Source of the DNA: Sphingomonadales bacterium
GTDB taxonomy: Bacteria; Bacteroidota; Bacteroidia; UBA7662
Assembly (NCBI GenBank): GCA_016872215.1
Contig: VHAX01000010.1
Location: 2,158 to 66,157 of the forward strand
DNA: 64,000 nt
Direction: 5' to 3'
The position numbers were made by a program, and so were the translations under genes. Position 1 is the first letter of the stretch; each line of letters opens with the position of its first letter. The notes beneath the pieces are model-generated. The model searched no databases and was not told where the DNA came from. It was given only the letters and a program-made list of their open reading frames with translations. Positions 11,219-22,472 of this stretch are shown here, piece after piece.

Positions 11219-11582
11219 GGGCGGGCTCGGTTTGGGTTTGCTTTGACTTGGACTTTCGGTCTGGATTGCGACGCGACTGGTTGTACAGCACAGCGTGTTT
11301 ATCGAGTAAAACGGTCAGAAATCGAAGAACAAGCTCATCGCGGCGAAACTCAAGCTCAAGTTTGTCGACCAGACTCGCATCTCCCTTGAATTCAAACAGG
11401 TGGTAAAACCCACTTGATTTCTTACGGATGCTGTAAGCCATTTGTTTGAGTCCCCAGCTTTCCTGGTGGACAATCTCGGCGCCGTTTACCTCCAGCACCT
11501 GTCTAAACTTCCCGACCGCTTCAGATACCATCTCTTCCGTTAGTACGGGTGTGAGAATGAAAACGGTTTCATATTGGTTCAT
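11205..11582 (-). CDS. rpsF: 30S ribosomal protein S6
   Basis: [22 protein letters not shown]; rpsF-rpsR-rplI order. Confidence 0.97.
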   Translation of the reverse strand: MNQYETVFILTPVLTEEMVSEAVGKFRQVLEVNGAEIVHQESWGLKQMAYSIRKKSSGFYHLFEFKGDASLVDKLELEFRRDELVLRFLTVLLDKHAVLYNQSRRNPDRKSKSKQTQTEPAHDQQ

Positions 11583-11604
11583 GAACGGATTTTTTATGAG
11601 GGTG

Positions 11605-11644
11605 CAAAGATAAGAAAAAAGAAAATCAAAACCTATTATATTTG
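11605..11644. promoter_or_regulatory. Back-to-back -7 boxes: TATCTTTG (minus, 11605-11612, rpsF) and TATATTTG (plus, 11637-11644, dnaX)
   Basis: Two exact TAnnTTTG matches in a 66-nt divergent spacer. Confidence 0.75.
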
Positions 11645-11648
11645 TAAG

Positions 11649-13544
11649 GTGGAACCCTACCTAGTATCCTTCAGAAGACACCGGCCCGACTCCTTCCTTT
11701 CGGTAGTCGGACAAACCCACATCACCCAAACCTTAAAAAATTCCATTCGGTCCGACAAACTAGCCCAAGTCATGCTATTCTGCGGACCCCGTGGAGTCGG
11801 GAAGACTACCTGTGCACGCATATTGGCGAAGACCGTAAATTGCCTCCAGCCAACTGGTGAGGCCGAAGCCTGCGGTCAGTGCAAAAGTTGCCTGTCGATC
11901 CGCGACGGTGGCTCGCTGGCCATTTATGAACTCGATGCCGCATCCAACAATTCGGTCGACGATATCAGAAGCCTGGTCGAACAGGTTCGGTATCCGCCGC
12001 AGGGGGGAAAATTCAAGGTGTACATCATCGATGAGGTGCATATGTTGAGCACTGCTGCGTTTAATGCCTTCCTGAAAACCCTTGAAGAACCACCACCCTA
12101 CGCGATTTTCATCCTCGCCACCACCGAGAAACACAAAATCCTGCCTACCATTTTGTCGCGCTGCCAGGTCTATCACTTCAATCGGATCCGTGTACCCGAC
12201 ATCGCAGGTGAATTAGAGAGGGTTTGTAAATCCGACGGCATACCCTATGAAGAACAAGCACTATTTGCCCTGGCGGAAAAATCGGATGGTGCTCTGCGGG
12301 ATGCGCTCAGCATGCTGGATCAGATCGTTGGGTTTTCTGGTGGACAACTGAGACTGGAGGATGTGGTCAGAAACCTGAATCTCCTTGACAGCCGCTGCTT
12401 TTTCGACGCCACAGATTATATACTGTCGGGCGACTTTACGTCATTGCTGCTGTTGCTCCAAAAGATTATTGTCGACGGATTTGAAACCGATGCGTTCCTG
12501 GCCGGACTCGCCTCGCACTGGAGATTGCTGCTGCTTGCTCGTGATGAGCGGACACGCGAACTGCTGGAGATGGGAAAAGACAGCCTTCCGGAGTACGTCC
12601 GACAAGGAGAACGGCTATCGATCGACATACATCTGAGCGGACTGAACCTTTTGGCGCAAGCAGAATTGAACCACCGCCAAAGTCACAACACCCGCCTTCA
12701 TGCAGAGATGGCACTCGCCAAACTCTGCTATGCGCGGTATCTTCTTCTACCCCCTGATTCGGATATACCGGAATCCACTGAGCCGGGCGGTGGACGAATT
12801 CCTTTGTCGGGTTCAAATCAGCCGGAATCCAATCCCGGAATACAGAATCTACCGAGCGGCCAATCTGACAAAATCAATAAACCAAAAGACAGAACCACGC
12901 CGATTAAACAGGACGAATCGACCGAAGATGATGGATCCGGCAGTTCTGCAGTCAGGCAGGCACCCTGTAAAGAGGTACCTGTCGTAGTTGCCCCCGCTCA
13001 AGAGGAACCCGCACAAGATGAACCCACTTATGAGGCAACCGTTCAAGATGTGCCCAAAATCGAAGCTGTGCCCATCAAGGTATCCCGAATCAAATCACCC
13101 CATTTAAATCCGACCCCTGATTCCACAACAGCAAACAACCCGGATGATGGGGAACAACGTTCAGATCTTTCAACCCTGGTTGAAAAGGTCACCCTGGATC
13201 ATGCGTGGGGTCGAATGCTTGAGCACCTACTCAACGAGGGACGCAAACACGCTCATAGCGCCCTTATTCAGGTTAAACCTGTATTAAATAATCAATCGGA
13301 AATCGAAATACCTGTAGAACACGATGCGTTGCGTACGGCACTCGAACTGCTGCAATTTGAGTTGACCAACCAACTGAGAAGATGGACTGGCATCGCAGAT
13401 ATGCGGTTAAAATTGGTAATCGCAACACCAGATGCCAGATCGGCATCCTACGCAACGATTTCAGAAAAAAAACAAAGGTTAATGGGACGTTATCCCAAAA
13501 TCAATCCATTTATCAATAAAATAGGCTTGGAATGGTCTTACTAA
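11649..13544 (+). CDS. dnaX: DNA polymerase III subunit gamma/tau
   Basis: RRHRP, GPRGVGKTT, Cys zinc cluster, DEVHML, LKTLEEPP, SRC; GTG start at 11649. Confidence 0.96.
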   Translation: MEPYLVSFRRHRPDSFLSVVGQTHITQTLKNSIRSDKLAQVMLFCGPRGVGKTTCARILAKTVNCLQPTGEAEACGQCKSCLSIRDGGSLAIYELDAASNNSVDDIRSLVEQVRYPPQGGKFKVYIIDEVHMLSTAAFNAFLKTLEEPPPYAIFILATTEKHKILPTILSRCQVYHFNRIRVPDIAGELERVCKSDGIPYEEQALFALAEKSDGALRDALSMLDQIVGFSGGQLRLEDVVRNLNLLDSRCFFDATDYILSGDFTSLLLLLQKIIVDGFETDAFLAGLASHWRLLLLARDERTRELLEMGKDSLPEYVRQGERLSIDIHLSGLNLLAQAELNHRQSHNTRLHAEMALAKLCYARYLLLPPDSDIPESTEPGGGRIPLSGSNQPESNPGIQNLPSGQSDKINKPKDRTTPIKQDESTEDDGSGSSAVRQAPCKEVPVVVAPAQEEPAQDEPTYEATVQDVPKIEAVPIKVSRIKSPHLNPTPDSTTANNPDDGEQRSDLSTLVEKVTLDHAWGRMLEHLLNEGRKHAHSALIQVKPVLNNQSEIEIPVEHDALRTALELLQFELTNQLRRWTGIADMRLKLVIATPDARSASYATISEKKQRLMGRYPKINPFINKIGLEWSY

Positions 13545-13765
13545 TACGTTCTAAAGCGTTTTGCTGCAGTTCGTATTAAAAATTTCTGCCAGAAAAGATT
13601 AAATCTTAGCAACCAAAATTCGACTGAGCTGAGATTAGTCCTGTGCGAGTCGCAAATTCGTCGAGATTCATTTTGTACTACGGGGCAAATATGTAAAACG
13701 CATATTTCTAAAAAAAATAAACAGTTCAGTGACAAATCAGGTCTTGACTAATCAAAAATATTTAC

Positions 13766-13773
13766 TAACTTTG
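13766..13773 (+). promoter_or_regulatory. -7 promoter box (TAACTTTG) for the HNH-AP2 gene
   Basis: TAnnTTTG match about 50 nt upstream of ATG 13823. Confidence 0.65.
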
Positions 13774-13822
13774 TCGCGGTTTGTAAGAAATTTTATGATG
13801 TATAACCCTTTAAAAAAAAGTA

Positions 13823-14359
13823 ATGTTAGTGAAAATCCCCCTGAAAAACACCGGCGAGACGGCCGTGGTTGATGCGGAGGTGTACGACTTTCTTGTGGAG
13901 AACCCGTACCTGAAAAAAATCAAATTCGTTGATAACCTTAGGAAACATTCCCGCGGATACGCATTCTTCCAAAAAAATTGGCCCTTGGGTGAGGGTGTTT
14001 ACAAAAATGAGACGATCTACCTGCACAAATTGATTGCCGAAAAATTCATAAACAAGCCAGATGCGAACGAACGGCTATTGGTAAACATCGTCAATAGCAA
14101 CCCGCTCGATTGCCGTAAAGGTAATCTGGAGTGGGCAAATCGCTCCAAAGTGGTACGGAACACTAACAAATCTGTGAACCGTTATGGTTATCGTGGTGTG
14201 GTGAAAAGCGGTAAAAAATACAGGGCGGTCATATTCAATAACAAAGTACGCTTTGATCTAGGCATTTTTGATACACCGATTGAAGCCGCCCGGGCATATA
14301 ATGTGAAATCGATGGAGTTCTTCGGAAAAACCAACGGTCTCAACCAAATCCCGGAATAG
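13823..14359 (+). CDS. HNH-like/AP2 domain protein, nuclease motif degenerate
   Basis: YLHKLIA...VNIVNSNPLDCRKGNLEW (HNH-like) followed by YRGV...YRAVI...LGIFDTPIEAARAYN (AP2/ERF). Confidence 0.8.
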   Translation: MLVKIPLKNTGETAVVDAEVYDFLVENPYLKKIKFVDNLRKHSRGYAFFQKNWPLGEGVYKNETIYLHKLIAEKFINKPDANERLLVNIVNSNPLDCRKGNLEWANRSKVVRNTNKSVNRYGYRGVVKSGKKYRAVIFNNKVRFDLGIFDTPIEAARAYNVKSMEFFGKTNGLNQIPE

Positions 14360-14403
14360 AAATCCCCAGATCAGTCGCTCATACGCGATCAAATCAAACG
14401 ATT

Positions 14404-14488
14404 AAGACATTTTGTCTTGTTTTTCTCACAAAAAACTGACGGAATGTCTTTTTTTATTTAATGATTCGGATATGGTCGGGGGATTGCT
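14404..14488 (+). promoter_or_regulatory. Candidate sigma54 promoter (TGG-TCGGGGGATT-GC, 14473-14487) with two upstream palindromes (AAGACATTTTGTCTT 14404-14418; GACGGAATGTC 14438-14448)
   Basis: GG-N10-GC spacing with TTGC at -12; palindrome shared with the groES and miaB upstream regions. Confidence 0.6.
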
Positions 14489-14508
14489 GATTTCTGGAAA
14501 ACCTCAAC

Positions 14509-17124
14509 ATGAACCAGGAATCTTTAACCGCCAAATCGCAGGAGGCCCTGCAAAAGGCCATCGAAATCGCGCAACAAAATTCGAATCAGGCCATTGAAAA
14601 CGTGCACGTGCTGCTCGCTATCGAGCAGGTCGATAACCATCTCTTTTCCTATCTGTCCAAGAAGTGCGAAACCAAACCCGGTCGACTTCTGGAGGCACTA
14701 AGGGTGCAAAATAAGTCACTACCCAAGGTAGAAGGAGCCCAACCATACCTGCATACCGACACCCAGCGTAGTCTCACCAAAGCCAACGAAAGCGCGAAAA
14801 GCATGGGCGATAGTCACGTCGCCCTCGAGCACCTGATTCTAGCTATTTCAACGGGTCGCGACCCGGCCGCATCCTTACTAAAGGACGCTGGATTCACTTT
14901 GGAGAAACTTACATCAGCCATTTCTGAGCTTAGAAAAGGTGCTCGGGTGAGCGATGCCAACGCGGAAAATACCTACAACACACTCGATAAATATGCCCGT
15001 AACCTGAACCAATTGGCAGAGACGGGGAAACTCGATCCGGTAATTGGTCGCGACGAAGAGATAAGGCGGGTCATACAGATTCTGAGCAGGAGAACCAAAA
15101 ACAATCCGATATTAATAGGAGAGCCAGGCGTAGGCAAAACCGCCATTGCAGAAGGCATTGCCTTTCGGATTATCAAGGGGGATGTGCCCGAAAATTTAAA
15201 ACATAAGGTTGTGTATTCGCTGGATATGGGTGCGATTATTGCCGGTGCCAAATACAAAGGCGAATTCGAGGAACGCCTGAAATCGGTAATTCGCGAGGTC
15301 ACTGAAAGCGACGGCACCCTTATTTTGTTCATCGACGAAATCCACACCCTGGTAGGCGTAGGCAGCGGTGGAGAAGGCGCCATGGATGCAGCCAATATAC
15401 TCAAGCCCGCGTTGGCCCGGGGAGAATTACGTGCTATTGGAGCCACTACCCTTTCGGAATACCAGAAATATTTTGAAAAAGACAAGGCGCTGGAACGAAG
15501 GTTTCAAAAAGTACTGGTTGAGGAACCCGATGCCGCCGACGCAATCAGTATTTTGCGTGGACTCAAAGAACGTTATGAGACCCACCACAAGGTTCTCATA
15601 CGCGATGAGGCGATATTGGCCGCGGTTGAGCTGAGTCAGCGCTACATCACCGACCGATTTTTGCCTGACAAAGCCATTGACCTGATCGACGAATCGGCTG
15701 CCCGACTGAGAATCGAGATCGATTCGGTGCCTGAGGAGCTGGATGAATTGGAACGTCGCATCATGCAGCTCGAAATTGAGAAGCAAGCTATGCTGCGCGA
15801 AAACGACACGGACAAAGTGAAACTGATCGATCTTGATTTGTCGGATCTCCGCAGCGAGGCCGATAGCCTGAGAGGCCGTTGGCGATCAGAAAAGGAACTG
15901 ATGGAAAAAATCCAGTCGGCCAAAGAGCAAATCGAACAACTTCGGTTGGAAGCCGAGCAAGCCGAACGGGCCGCAGACTATGGCCGGGTAGCAGAAATTC
16001 GTTACGGACGACTCAAAGAAGCTGAAACGAATTTGATTACGTGGCAACATCAGGCGAAAAACGAATCAGCGCGCGACAAGATGCTTAAAGAGGAGGTAAC
16101 CGCGGAGGATGTGGCGGAGGTAGTGTCGAAATGGACCGGTGTTCCGGTGCAGAAATTGCTGGAAGGTGAGCGAATTAAACTTTTGAGCATGGAAGAAGAG
16201 CTGCATAAAAGGGTAATTGGTCAGGATCAGGCCATTCGCGTGGTATCCGATGCCGTGCGCCGGTCCCGGTCGGGTCTGCATGACGAAAAACGCCCCGTAG
16301 GGAGCTTCCTGTTCCTGGGTTCTACAGGCGTAGGAAAAACCGAGCTGGCTAAAGCCATCGCGGCATTCCTATTCAATGACGAGCAGGCTATGGTGCGCAT
16401 CGACATGAGCGAATATCAGGAGAAGCACAGTGTATCGCGCCTTGTGGGCGCGCCTCCGGGGTACGTGGGCTATGATGAGGGAGGGCAGCTCACAGAGGCC
16501 GTGCGTACCCGCCCCTATTCGGTGATTCTGCTCGACGAAATCGAAAAGGCTCACCCCGATGTTTTTAATCTGTTGCTACAGGTGCTCGATGAAGGTCGGC
16601 TCACCGACAGCAAAGGCCGTACAGTCAATTTTCGCAATACCCTGATCGTAATGACCTCCAACCTCGGAGCCCATGTCATCCAGACGCGCCTCGAGGAAAT
16701 TGAGGATCGTAATCGGGAGCGGATTATGGCCGAAATAGAAACCGATCTGATGCAATTGCTGCGCGCCAGCCTTCGTCCTGAATTTTTGAACCGAATCGAT
16801 GAGATCGTTGTATTCCAACCCCTTTCAAAGAGCGAAATCCGACAAATAGTGGCACTGCATATCGGGCAACTGCGCAGGCAACTTCAAAACCAACACATCA
16901 GCGTGGCGGCCTCCGATTCGGCAATGAATTTCCTTGCGGAGGCCGGGTTTGATCCCCATTTCGGAGTACGGCCCCTGAAACGCATCATTCAGAAGGAAAT
17001 CCTAAACCGATTGTCGCGCGCCCTACTCTCGGGGGAAATCAAGTCGGAGCAAGCCATATGGATCGATTATTTCGAAGAGGCCGGTATCGTATTTCGCAAT
17101 TCAGTGGAGGAATCGGAAGACTAA
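14509..17124 (+). CDS. clpB: Chaperone ClpB
   Basis: Two AAA+ modules ([16 protein letters not shown]), coiled-coil middle domain, GAPPGYVGY. Confidence 0.97.
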   Translation: MNQESLTAKSQEALQKAIEIAQQNSNQAIENVHVLLAIEQVDNHLFSYLSKKCETKPGRLLEALRVQNKSLPKVEGAQPYLHTDTQRSLTKANESAKSMGDSHVALEHLILAISTGRDPAASLLKDAGFTLEKLTSAISELRKGARVSDANAENTYNTLDKYARNLNQLAETGKLDPVIGRDEEIRRVIQILSRRTKNNPILIGEPGVGKTAIAEGIAFRIIKGDVPENLKHKVVYSLDMGAIIAGAKYKGEFEERLKSVIREVTESDGTLILFIDEIHTLVGVGSGGEGAMDAANILKPALARGELRAIGATTLSEYQKYFEKDKALERRFQKVLVEEPDAADAISILRGLKERYETHHKVLIRDEAILAAVELSQRYITDRFLPDKAIDLIDESAARLRIEIDSVPEELDELERRIMQLEIEKQAMLRENDTDKVKLIDLDLSDLRSEADSLRGRWRSEKELMEKIQSAKEQIEQLRLEAEQAERAADYGRVAEIRYGRLKEAETNLITWQHQAKNESARDKMLKEEVTAEDVAEVVSKWTGVPVQKLLEGERIKLLSMEEELHKRVIGQDQAIRVVSDAVRRSRSGLHDEKRPVGSFLFLGSTGVGKTELAKAIAAFLFNDEQAMVRIDMSEYQEKHSVSRLVGAPPGYVGYDEGGQLTEAVRTRPYSVILLDEIEKAHPDVFNLLLQVLDEGRLTDSKGRTVNFRNTLIVMTSNLGAHVIQTRLEEIEDRNRERIMAEIETDLMQLLRASLRPEFLNRIDEIVVFQPLSKSEIRQIVALHIGQLRRQLQNQHISVAASDSAMNFLAEAGFDPHFGVRPLKRIIQKEILNRLSRALLSGEIKSEQAIWIDYFEEAGIVFRNSVEESED

Positions 17125-17144
17125 ATGGTGTACTTTTGCACCCC

Positions 17145-18746
17145 GTGAACCCACAACAGGAAATCGCGCGGCGCAGAACCTTCGCCATCATATCACACCC
17201 CGATGCGGGCAAAACCACGCTCACGGAAAAGTTCCTCCTGTTCGGAGGTGCCATTCAAACGGCCGGTGCCGTAAAAAGCAATAAAATCCGCAAATCGGCC
17301 ACATCCGATTTTATGGAGATCGAAAAGCAGAGGGGCATTTCAGTGGCTACCTCGGTGATGGGCTTTGACTATAATGGATTCCGGGTCAACATCCTCGATA
17401 CTCCGGGCCACAAAGATTTTGCAGAGGATACATATAGAACGCTTACCGCGGTCGACTCTGTGATTCTGGTGGTTGACATCGCACGGGGTGTGGAGGAGCA
17501 GACCGACAAACTCATGACCATCTGCCGGATGCGGCAGATTCCGGTCATGATTTTCGTAAACAAAATGGACCGCGACGGGAAGGATCCTTTCGACCTGTTG
17601 GACGAGCTGGAGAACAAGCTGAAAATTCAGGTAACACCCCTCAGCTGGCCAATATCAGGGGGGGCAACTTTTAAAGGGGTTTACAACCTCCACAAAAGTC
17701 AGCTCAATCTGTTTTCGCCCAATAAAACCGGTCTCTCCGACGATGTTCGTTCATTTGAATCGCTTCATGATCCGGCCATCGACACCAATTTGGGGCGCGC
17801 TGCCGATAGCCTGAGGCAAGAGATCGAGTTAACTTCGGTTTTGCCCGAATTTTCGAAGAAAGCCTACCTTGAGGGCAACCTGGCACCCGTTTTTTTTGGC
17901 AGCGCCCTCAATAATTTTGGCATTCAGGAGCTGCTTGACACCTTCGTTGAACTGGCCCCCGCACCTGTTTCGAGAACCACCAACCAGGGTACGGTGATGC
18001 CCGATGACAAGAACCTATCAGGCTTTGTTTTTAAAATCCACGCCAACCTAGACCCCAACCATCGGGATCGAATCGCATTTTTCAGGATTTGTTCGGGTGT
18101 TTTCAAAAAAAATCAATTCTATTTCCATCCCAGACTTCGGAAAAAATTCAGGTTCAGTACACCGGTCATGTTTCAGGCCAACGAACGAAATCTGGTAGAA
18201 GAAGCATGGCCTGGTGATGTGGTTGGACTCTACGATACGGGCAATTTTAAAATTGGGGACTCACTCACAGAGGGGGCGGGGTTTTTCTTCAAAGGTATTC
18301 CGGCTTTTTCACCGGAAATCTTCCGGGCCGTGGAAAACCAAGATCCCTTTCGGGCCAAGCAGTTTGAAAAAGGCCTGCGACAGTTGACAGACGAAGGTGT
18401 CGCCCAATTATTTACCCAACAGCCGGGTAACCGAAAGATCATTGGCACGGTGGGTGAACTGCAGTTTGATGTCATAAAATTCAGGCTTTTACAAGAGTAT
18501 GGGGCGAATGTTGTGTTTCGTCCGCTTGCCTACCTCAAAGCCTGCTGGGTGGAGAGTGAGAATCCTGCCGATGCCGAGGATTTCTTTAGGTTCAAACAAG
18601 AACAGATGGCATTCGACAAAGACGATCGCCTGGTCTATCTGGCCGATAGCCTTTGGATGTTAGAGCGGTCCATCGCAGATTACCCCAAATTAGTCTTCCG
18701 CTTTTCAGCTGAAGTCATGCTCAAAGAAGAAGATACTGCGGATTAA
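17145..18746 (+). CDS. prfC: Peptide chain release factor 3
   Basis: [29 protein letters not shown] start at 17145 behind TACTTTTG (17131-17138). Confidence 0.97.
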   Translation: MNPQQEIARRRTFAIISHPDAGKTTLTEKFLLFGGAIQTAGAVKSNKIRKSATSDFMEIEKQRGISVATSVMGFDYNGFRVNILDTPGHKDFAEDTYRTLTAVDSVILVVDIARGVEEQTDKLMTICRMRQIPVMIFVNKMDRDGKDPFDLLDELENKLKIQVTPLSWPISGGATFKGVYNLHKSQLNLFSPNKTGLSDDVRSFESLHDPAIDTNLGRAADSLRQEIELTSVLPEFSKKAYLEGNLAPVFFGSALNNFGIQELLDTFVELAPAPVSRTTNQGTVMPDDKNLSGFVFKIHANLDPNHRDRIAFFRICSGVFKKNQFYFHPRLRKKFRFSTPVMFQANERNLVEEAWPGDVVGLYDTGNFKIGDSLTEGAGFFFKGIPAFSPEIFRAVENQDPFRAKQFEKGLRQLTDEGVAQLFTQQPGNRKIIGTVGELQFDVIKFRLLQEYGANVVFRPLAYLKACWVESENPADAEDFFRFKQEQMAFDKDDRLVYLADSLWMLERSIADYPKLVFRFSAEVMLKEEDTAD

Positions 18747-18790
18747 TCAATCTCATTCAACCTTCTGGCAACGGTCGAAGACGATACTAA

Positions 18791-19660
18791 TCAGTTTCCC
18801 CCGAGATATGCCTTGAGGATTCGGCTTTTGGTGGTGGCGCGCAGACGCCGGATAGATTTCTCCTTGATCTGACGTACGCGCTCACGTGTTAATCCCAGAT
18901 TAGACCCTATTTCCTCCAGCGTCTGCGGTTGTCGGCCTCCTAAACCGAAAAAGTACCGGAGCACGTCGGCCTCACGGGCAGTGAGTGCCATTAAGGCATA
19001 TTCGACCTCCTTGCTCAATGATTCATCGATCAGCGTGTTGTCGGGTTTCACAGCCTCCTCATCCCTCAATACGTCGAGCAGAGAACTATCCTCACCGTCG
19101 GCCAAGGGTGCATCCACAGAAATATGTCGACCCGAAACTTTTAGACTGTTCTCTATTTCACTCACCGTCATTTCCAGAATATCCGCCAGTTCTTCCGGGG
19201 TAGGCTCGCGCTCGAACTCCTGTTCGAGCCTGGAAAATGCCTTTACAATTTTGTTCAAGGTCCCTACCTGATTCAAAGGAATCCGTACAATTCGTGACTG
19301 TTCGGCGAGTGCCTGTAGGATTGACTGACGAATCCACCAGACGGCATAGGAAATAAATTTAAATCCTCTGGTTTCGTCGAATCGTTGTGCGGCTTTGATT
19401 AAACCCAAATTACCCTCATTGATCAGGTCATTCAACGTCAGCCCCTGGTTCTGGTACTGTTTGGCCACCGACACCACAAATCTCAGGTTCGCAGTAGTCA
19501 GACGTTCCAGTGCTTTTTGGTCGCCCTGCCTGATGAGCCTGGCCAACTCAACCTCTTCGTCGGGACTAATCAAATCGACGCGGCCAATTTCCTGAAGATA
19601 CTTCTCAAGTGACTGACTTTCCCGATTGGTGATTTGCTTGCTGATTTTCAGCTGACGCAT
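18791..19660 (-). CDS. rpoD: Bacteroidota primary sigma70 factor (short RpoD type, no region 1.1)
   Basis: [16 protein letters not shown]-terminus, [29 protein letters not shown]. Confidence 0.93.
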   Translation of the reverse strand: MRQLKISKQITNRESQSLEKYLQEIGRVDLISPDEEVELARLIRQGDQKALERLTTANLRFVVSVAKQYQNQGLTLNDLINEGNLGLIKAAQRFDETRGFKFISYAVWWIRQSILQALAEQSRIVRIPLNQVGTLNKIVKAFSRLEQEFEREPTPEELADILEMTVSEIENSLKVSGRHISVDAPLADGEDSSLLDVLRDEEAVKPDNTLIDESLSKEVEYALMALTAREADVLRYFFGLGGRQPQTLEEIGSNLGLTRERVRQIKEKSIRRLRATTKSRILKAYLGGN

Positions 19661-19766
19661 AGGCTATTGTTGATATTCTGACGAAAAATCATCCAAAATC
19701 AAGAAACAACTAGTCAGAATTTTTAATGAAATCAAGCGGAAACTAGAATCACGGCCAAAATTCAAC

Positions 19767-19793
19767 AAAAAAGAGGTTGATGCAACCTCCTTT
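19767..19793 (-). terminator. Intrinsic terminator after pnp
   Basis: Minus strand GAGGTTG-CAT-CAACCTC followed by TTTTTT. Confidence 0.75.
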
Positions 19794-19877
19794 AATATAA
19801 TGAAAAATCAGTACCCCAATACTCCCGACGTTTGCCCCGTTCAAACCGATCCAGACGATCATCCACAATCAAAGCAA

Positions 19878-22100
19878 TCACCCACGATCCGGGCGGTCGC
19901 CCCGATCTCTACGTTCACCCCGGTCTCTGCGGTCGCCTCCCCTATCATCACGATCGCGTCGGGGTGGGCGTTCTGAGATCTCTGGCATGCCTTCCGGCCT
20001 TGGTAACAATGCTTTGGCCGACAACCGGAATTTACCTGTTTTGGGATCGATCTCCACAAGTTTCACCTGGATTTGGTCGCCCTCCTTATACACTCCGTCC
20101 ATGCTTTCCAGGCGTTCCCATCTGATTTCGCTGATGTGCAATAGTCCATCCTTACCAGGCAGAAACTCAACAAAAGCACCAAACGGCATAATCGAACGCA
20201 CCTTTCCGGTATAGATCGTTCCCACCTCAGCCTTAGCCGCAATACCAGTGATTCGACGCACTGCTGCATCCATGCCAGTCTTATCGGCCGTGTATATTTG
20301 TACCATTCCGAATTCACCTACCTCTTCTATGCTGATGGTAGAATTGGTTTCGCGTTGAATCTCCTGGATGATTTTACCACCAGGTCCGATCACAGCCCCG
20401 ATGAACTCCCGGTCAATTTTTAATTGGGTGATGCGGGGTACATGCGGGCGATAGTCGTCGCGCGGAGCCGCGAGTGACTTATTCATCTCATTGAGGATGT
20501 GCGCTCTTCCTTCTGCGGCTTGCGCCAGAGCCTTTGACAAGACCTCGGCTGGCAAACCATCGATTTTGATATCCATTTGGCACCCTGTGATGCCTTTAGC
20601 TGTGCCGGTAACTTTAAAGTCCATGTCCCCCAGGTGATCCTCATCCCCTAAAATGTCCGAAAGCACTTTAAAGCGACTACCATCAGTAATCAGACCCATA
20701 GCAATTCCCGAAACAGGTCCACTGATTTTCACACCGGCATCCATCAAGGCGAGCGATCCGGCACATACAGTAGCCATAGAAGAGGAACCATTCGACTCCA
20801 GAATGTCACTAACAATGCGAATCGTGTAGGGGCACTCCTCCTGAGGCGGCAGCACTTGCTTTAGTGAACGCATGGCCAGATTGCCGTGACCGATTTCTCG
20901 ACGGCCCGGACCCCGATTGGGGCGCGTTTCACCAGTTGAAAAAGACGGGAAATTGTAGTGAAGCATGAAACGGTTGTAGCCCGCGAACATGGCACCGTCC
21001 AACATTTGCTCATCATCCTTGGAACCAAGGGTTACAGAAGTTAGTGACTGGGTTTCACCTCGCGTGAATACAGCCGAACCGTGCGGTGATGGCAAATACC
21101 CCACTTCGCACCAGATGGGGCGGATGACGTCTAGTTTGCGGCCATCGAGCCTGCGTTCCTCATCGAGGATCATATTGCGCATGGCACGATACTCTACATC
21201 ATGGAAATATTTACGGGTCAGAAACGAATCGGGCGTCTCTCCTTCCGGATGCGACGCGATAAATTCCTGCAAAACCTGCATAAAACCCGCAGAACGCTCC
21301 TGTTTTGGAGCCCCGGAACGGGCAACGGCATATACTTTGTCGTAGCAAAACGACTCAATTGCGTTTTGCAATTCAACATCGCTGCGCTCATGGCTGTAAG
21401 TCCGGGGCAAAACACCCACCATTGCACGAAGGCGGAGCTGAGCCTGGCATTGAACCTTTATCGCTTCATGGGCAAAGTGTATGGCAGCCGCGAGTTCGTC
21501 TTCTGAACATTCCTTGGCTTCACCTTCTACCATCACCACGTTGTCGATCGTGGCCGCCACAATAATATCGATGTCGGCCTGATCCATCTGGGAAATACCC
21601 GGGTTGACTACAAATTGGCCGCTGATTCGGGCCACCCTGACCTCCGAAATCGGCCCGTTGAATGGAACATCCGAGACAGAGAGGGCCGCGGAAGCTGCCA
21701 GTCCTGCCAATGCATCGGGCTGAATATCCTTATCGGCACTGATGAGGGTCACCTGCACCTGCGTGTCGGCGTGGTAATCCTCGGGAAACATGGGTCTGAG
21801 TGCGCGGTCGATGAGTCGACTAATCAAAATTTCGTAGTCCGACAATCTTCCTTCTCTTTTAAGGAATCCTCCGGGAATCTTGCCGGTTGATGCAAACTTC
21901 TCCTGATAGTCGACCGTGAGGGGCATAAAATCAACGTCTTCCTTGGCCTCCTTTGCCGATACGACGGTAGCGAGCAACATGGTGTCGCCCATTTTCAAAA
22001 CAACTGCACCGTTGGCTTGTTTGGCCAAAAGGCCAGTTTCCAAAATAATTTGGCGTCCATCGCCCAGATCGATGGTTTGTGTAATGGGTTGTGGTTTCAT
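19878..22100 (-). CDS. pnp: Polyribonucleotide nucleotidyltransferase
   Basis: [32 protein letters not shown] and S1 domains, R/D/G-rich tail. Confidence 0.98.
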   Translation of the reverse strand: MKPQPITQTIDLGDGRQIILETGLLAKQANGAVVLKMGDTMLLATVVSAKEAKEDVDFMPLTVDYQEKFASTGKIPGGFLKREGRLSDYEILISRLIDRALRPMFPEDYHADTQVQVTLISADKDIQPDALAGLAASAALSVSDVPFNGPISEVRVARISGQFVVNPGISQMDQADIDIIVAATIDNVVMVEGEAKECSEDELAAAIHFAHEAIKVQCQAQLRLRAMVGVLPRTYSHERSDVELQNAIESFCYDKVYAVARSGAPKQERSAGFMQVLQEFIASHPEGETPDSFLTRKYFHDVEYRAMRNMILDEERRLDGRKLDVIRPIWCEVGYLPSPHGSAVFTRGETQSLTSVTLGSKDDEQMLDGAMFAGYNRFMLHYNFPSFSTGETRPNRGPGRREIGHGNLAMRSLKQVLPPQEECPYTIRIVSDILESNGSSSMATVCAGSLALMDAGVKISGPVSGIAMGLITDGSRFKVLSDILGDEDHLGDMDFKVTGTAKGITGCQMDIKIDGLPAEVLSKALAQAAEGRAHILNEMNKSLAAPRDDYRPHVPRITQLKIDREFIGAVIGPGGKIIQEIQRETNSTISIEEVGEFGMVQIYTADKTGMDAAVRRITGIAAKAEVGTIYTGKVRSIMPFGAFVEFLPGKDGLLHISEIRWERLESMDGVYKEGDQIQVKLVEIDPKTGKFRLSAKALLPRPEGMPEISERPPRRDRDDRGGDRRDRGERRDRGDRPDRG

Positions 22101-22202
22101 AAATAATTAATTATTCTCAATGTTCTCTTACAGACAGCAGGGATCACCATACCTTCCATGGCGATCCATTGATTTCAATGCGCACCCCTGGGGGCACTGT
22201 GT

Positions 22203-22472
22203 TTACTTACGGAGGTTGAGCTTTTCTACGATGCTGCGATAGCGCATGATATCGATGCGGTGCAGGTAGTTTAGCAAATCACGGCGGCGACCAACCATTT
22301 TGATGAGGGCCTGCTGTGTGGAGTAGTCCTTGCGGTTTTTTTTGAGATGCTCGGTTAGATGGGCAATGCGCACAGAATATTGTGCGATCTGACTCTCTGC
22401 CGATCCGGTATCCTGAGCCCCCGAGCCATACTGGGCATAAATCTTCTGCTTTTCAGCGGTGTTTAAATACAT
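22203..22472 (-). CDS. rpsO: 30S ribosomal protein S15
   Basis: DTGSAESQIA, HLKKNRKD, MVGRRRDLL; start at MYLNT; TATCTTTG box at 22527-22534. Confidence 0.97.
   Translation of the reverse strand: MYLNTAEKQKIYAQYGSGAQDTGSAESQIAQYSVRIAHLTEHLKKNRKDYSTQQALIKMVGRRRDLLNYLHRIDIMRYRSIVEKLNLRK

Noticed and set aside
13465..13472. A8 run in dnaX as a gamma/tau frameshift signal
   Set aside because: It lies about 25 codons from the stop, far from where a gamma product would end, and no stimulatory hairpin was seen
13823..14359. Prophage or group I intron around the HNH-AP2 gene
   Set aside because: Flanking dnaX and clpB are intact, and no phage genes, att repeats or interrupted host gene were seen
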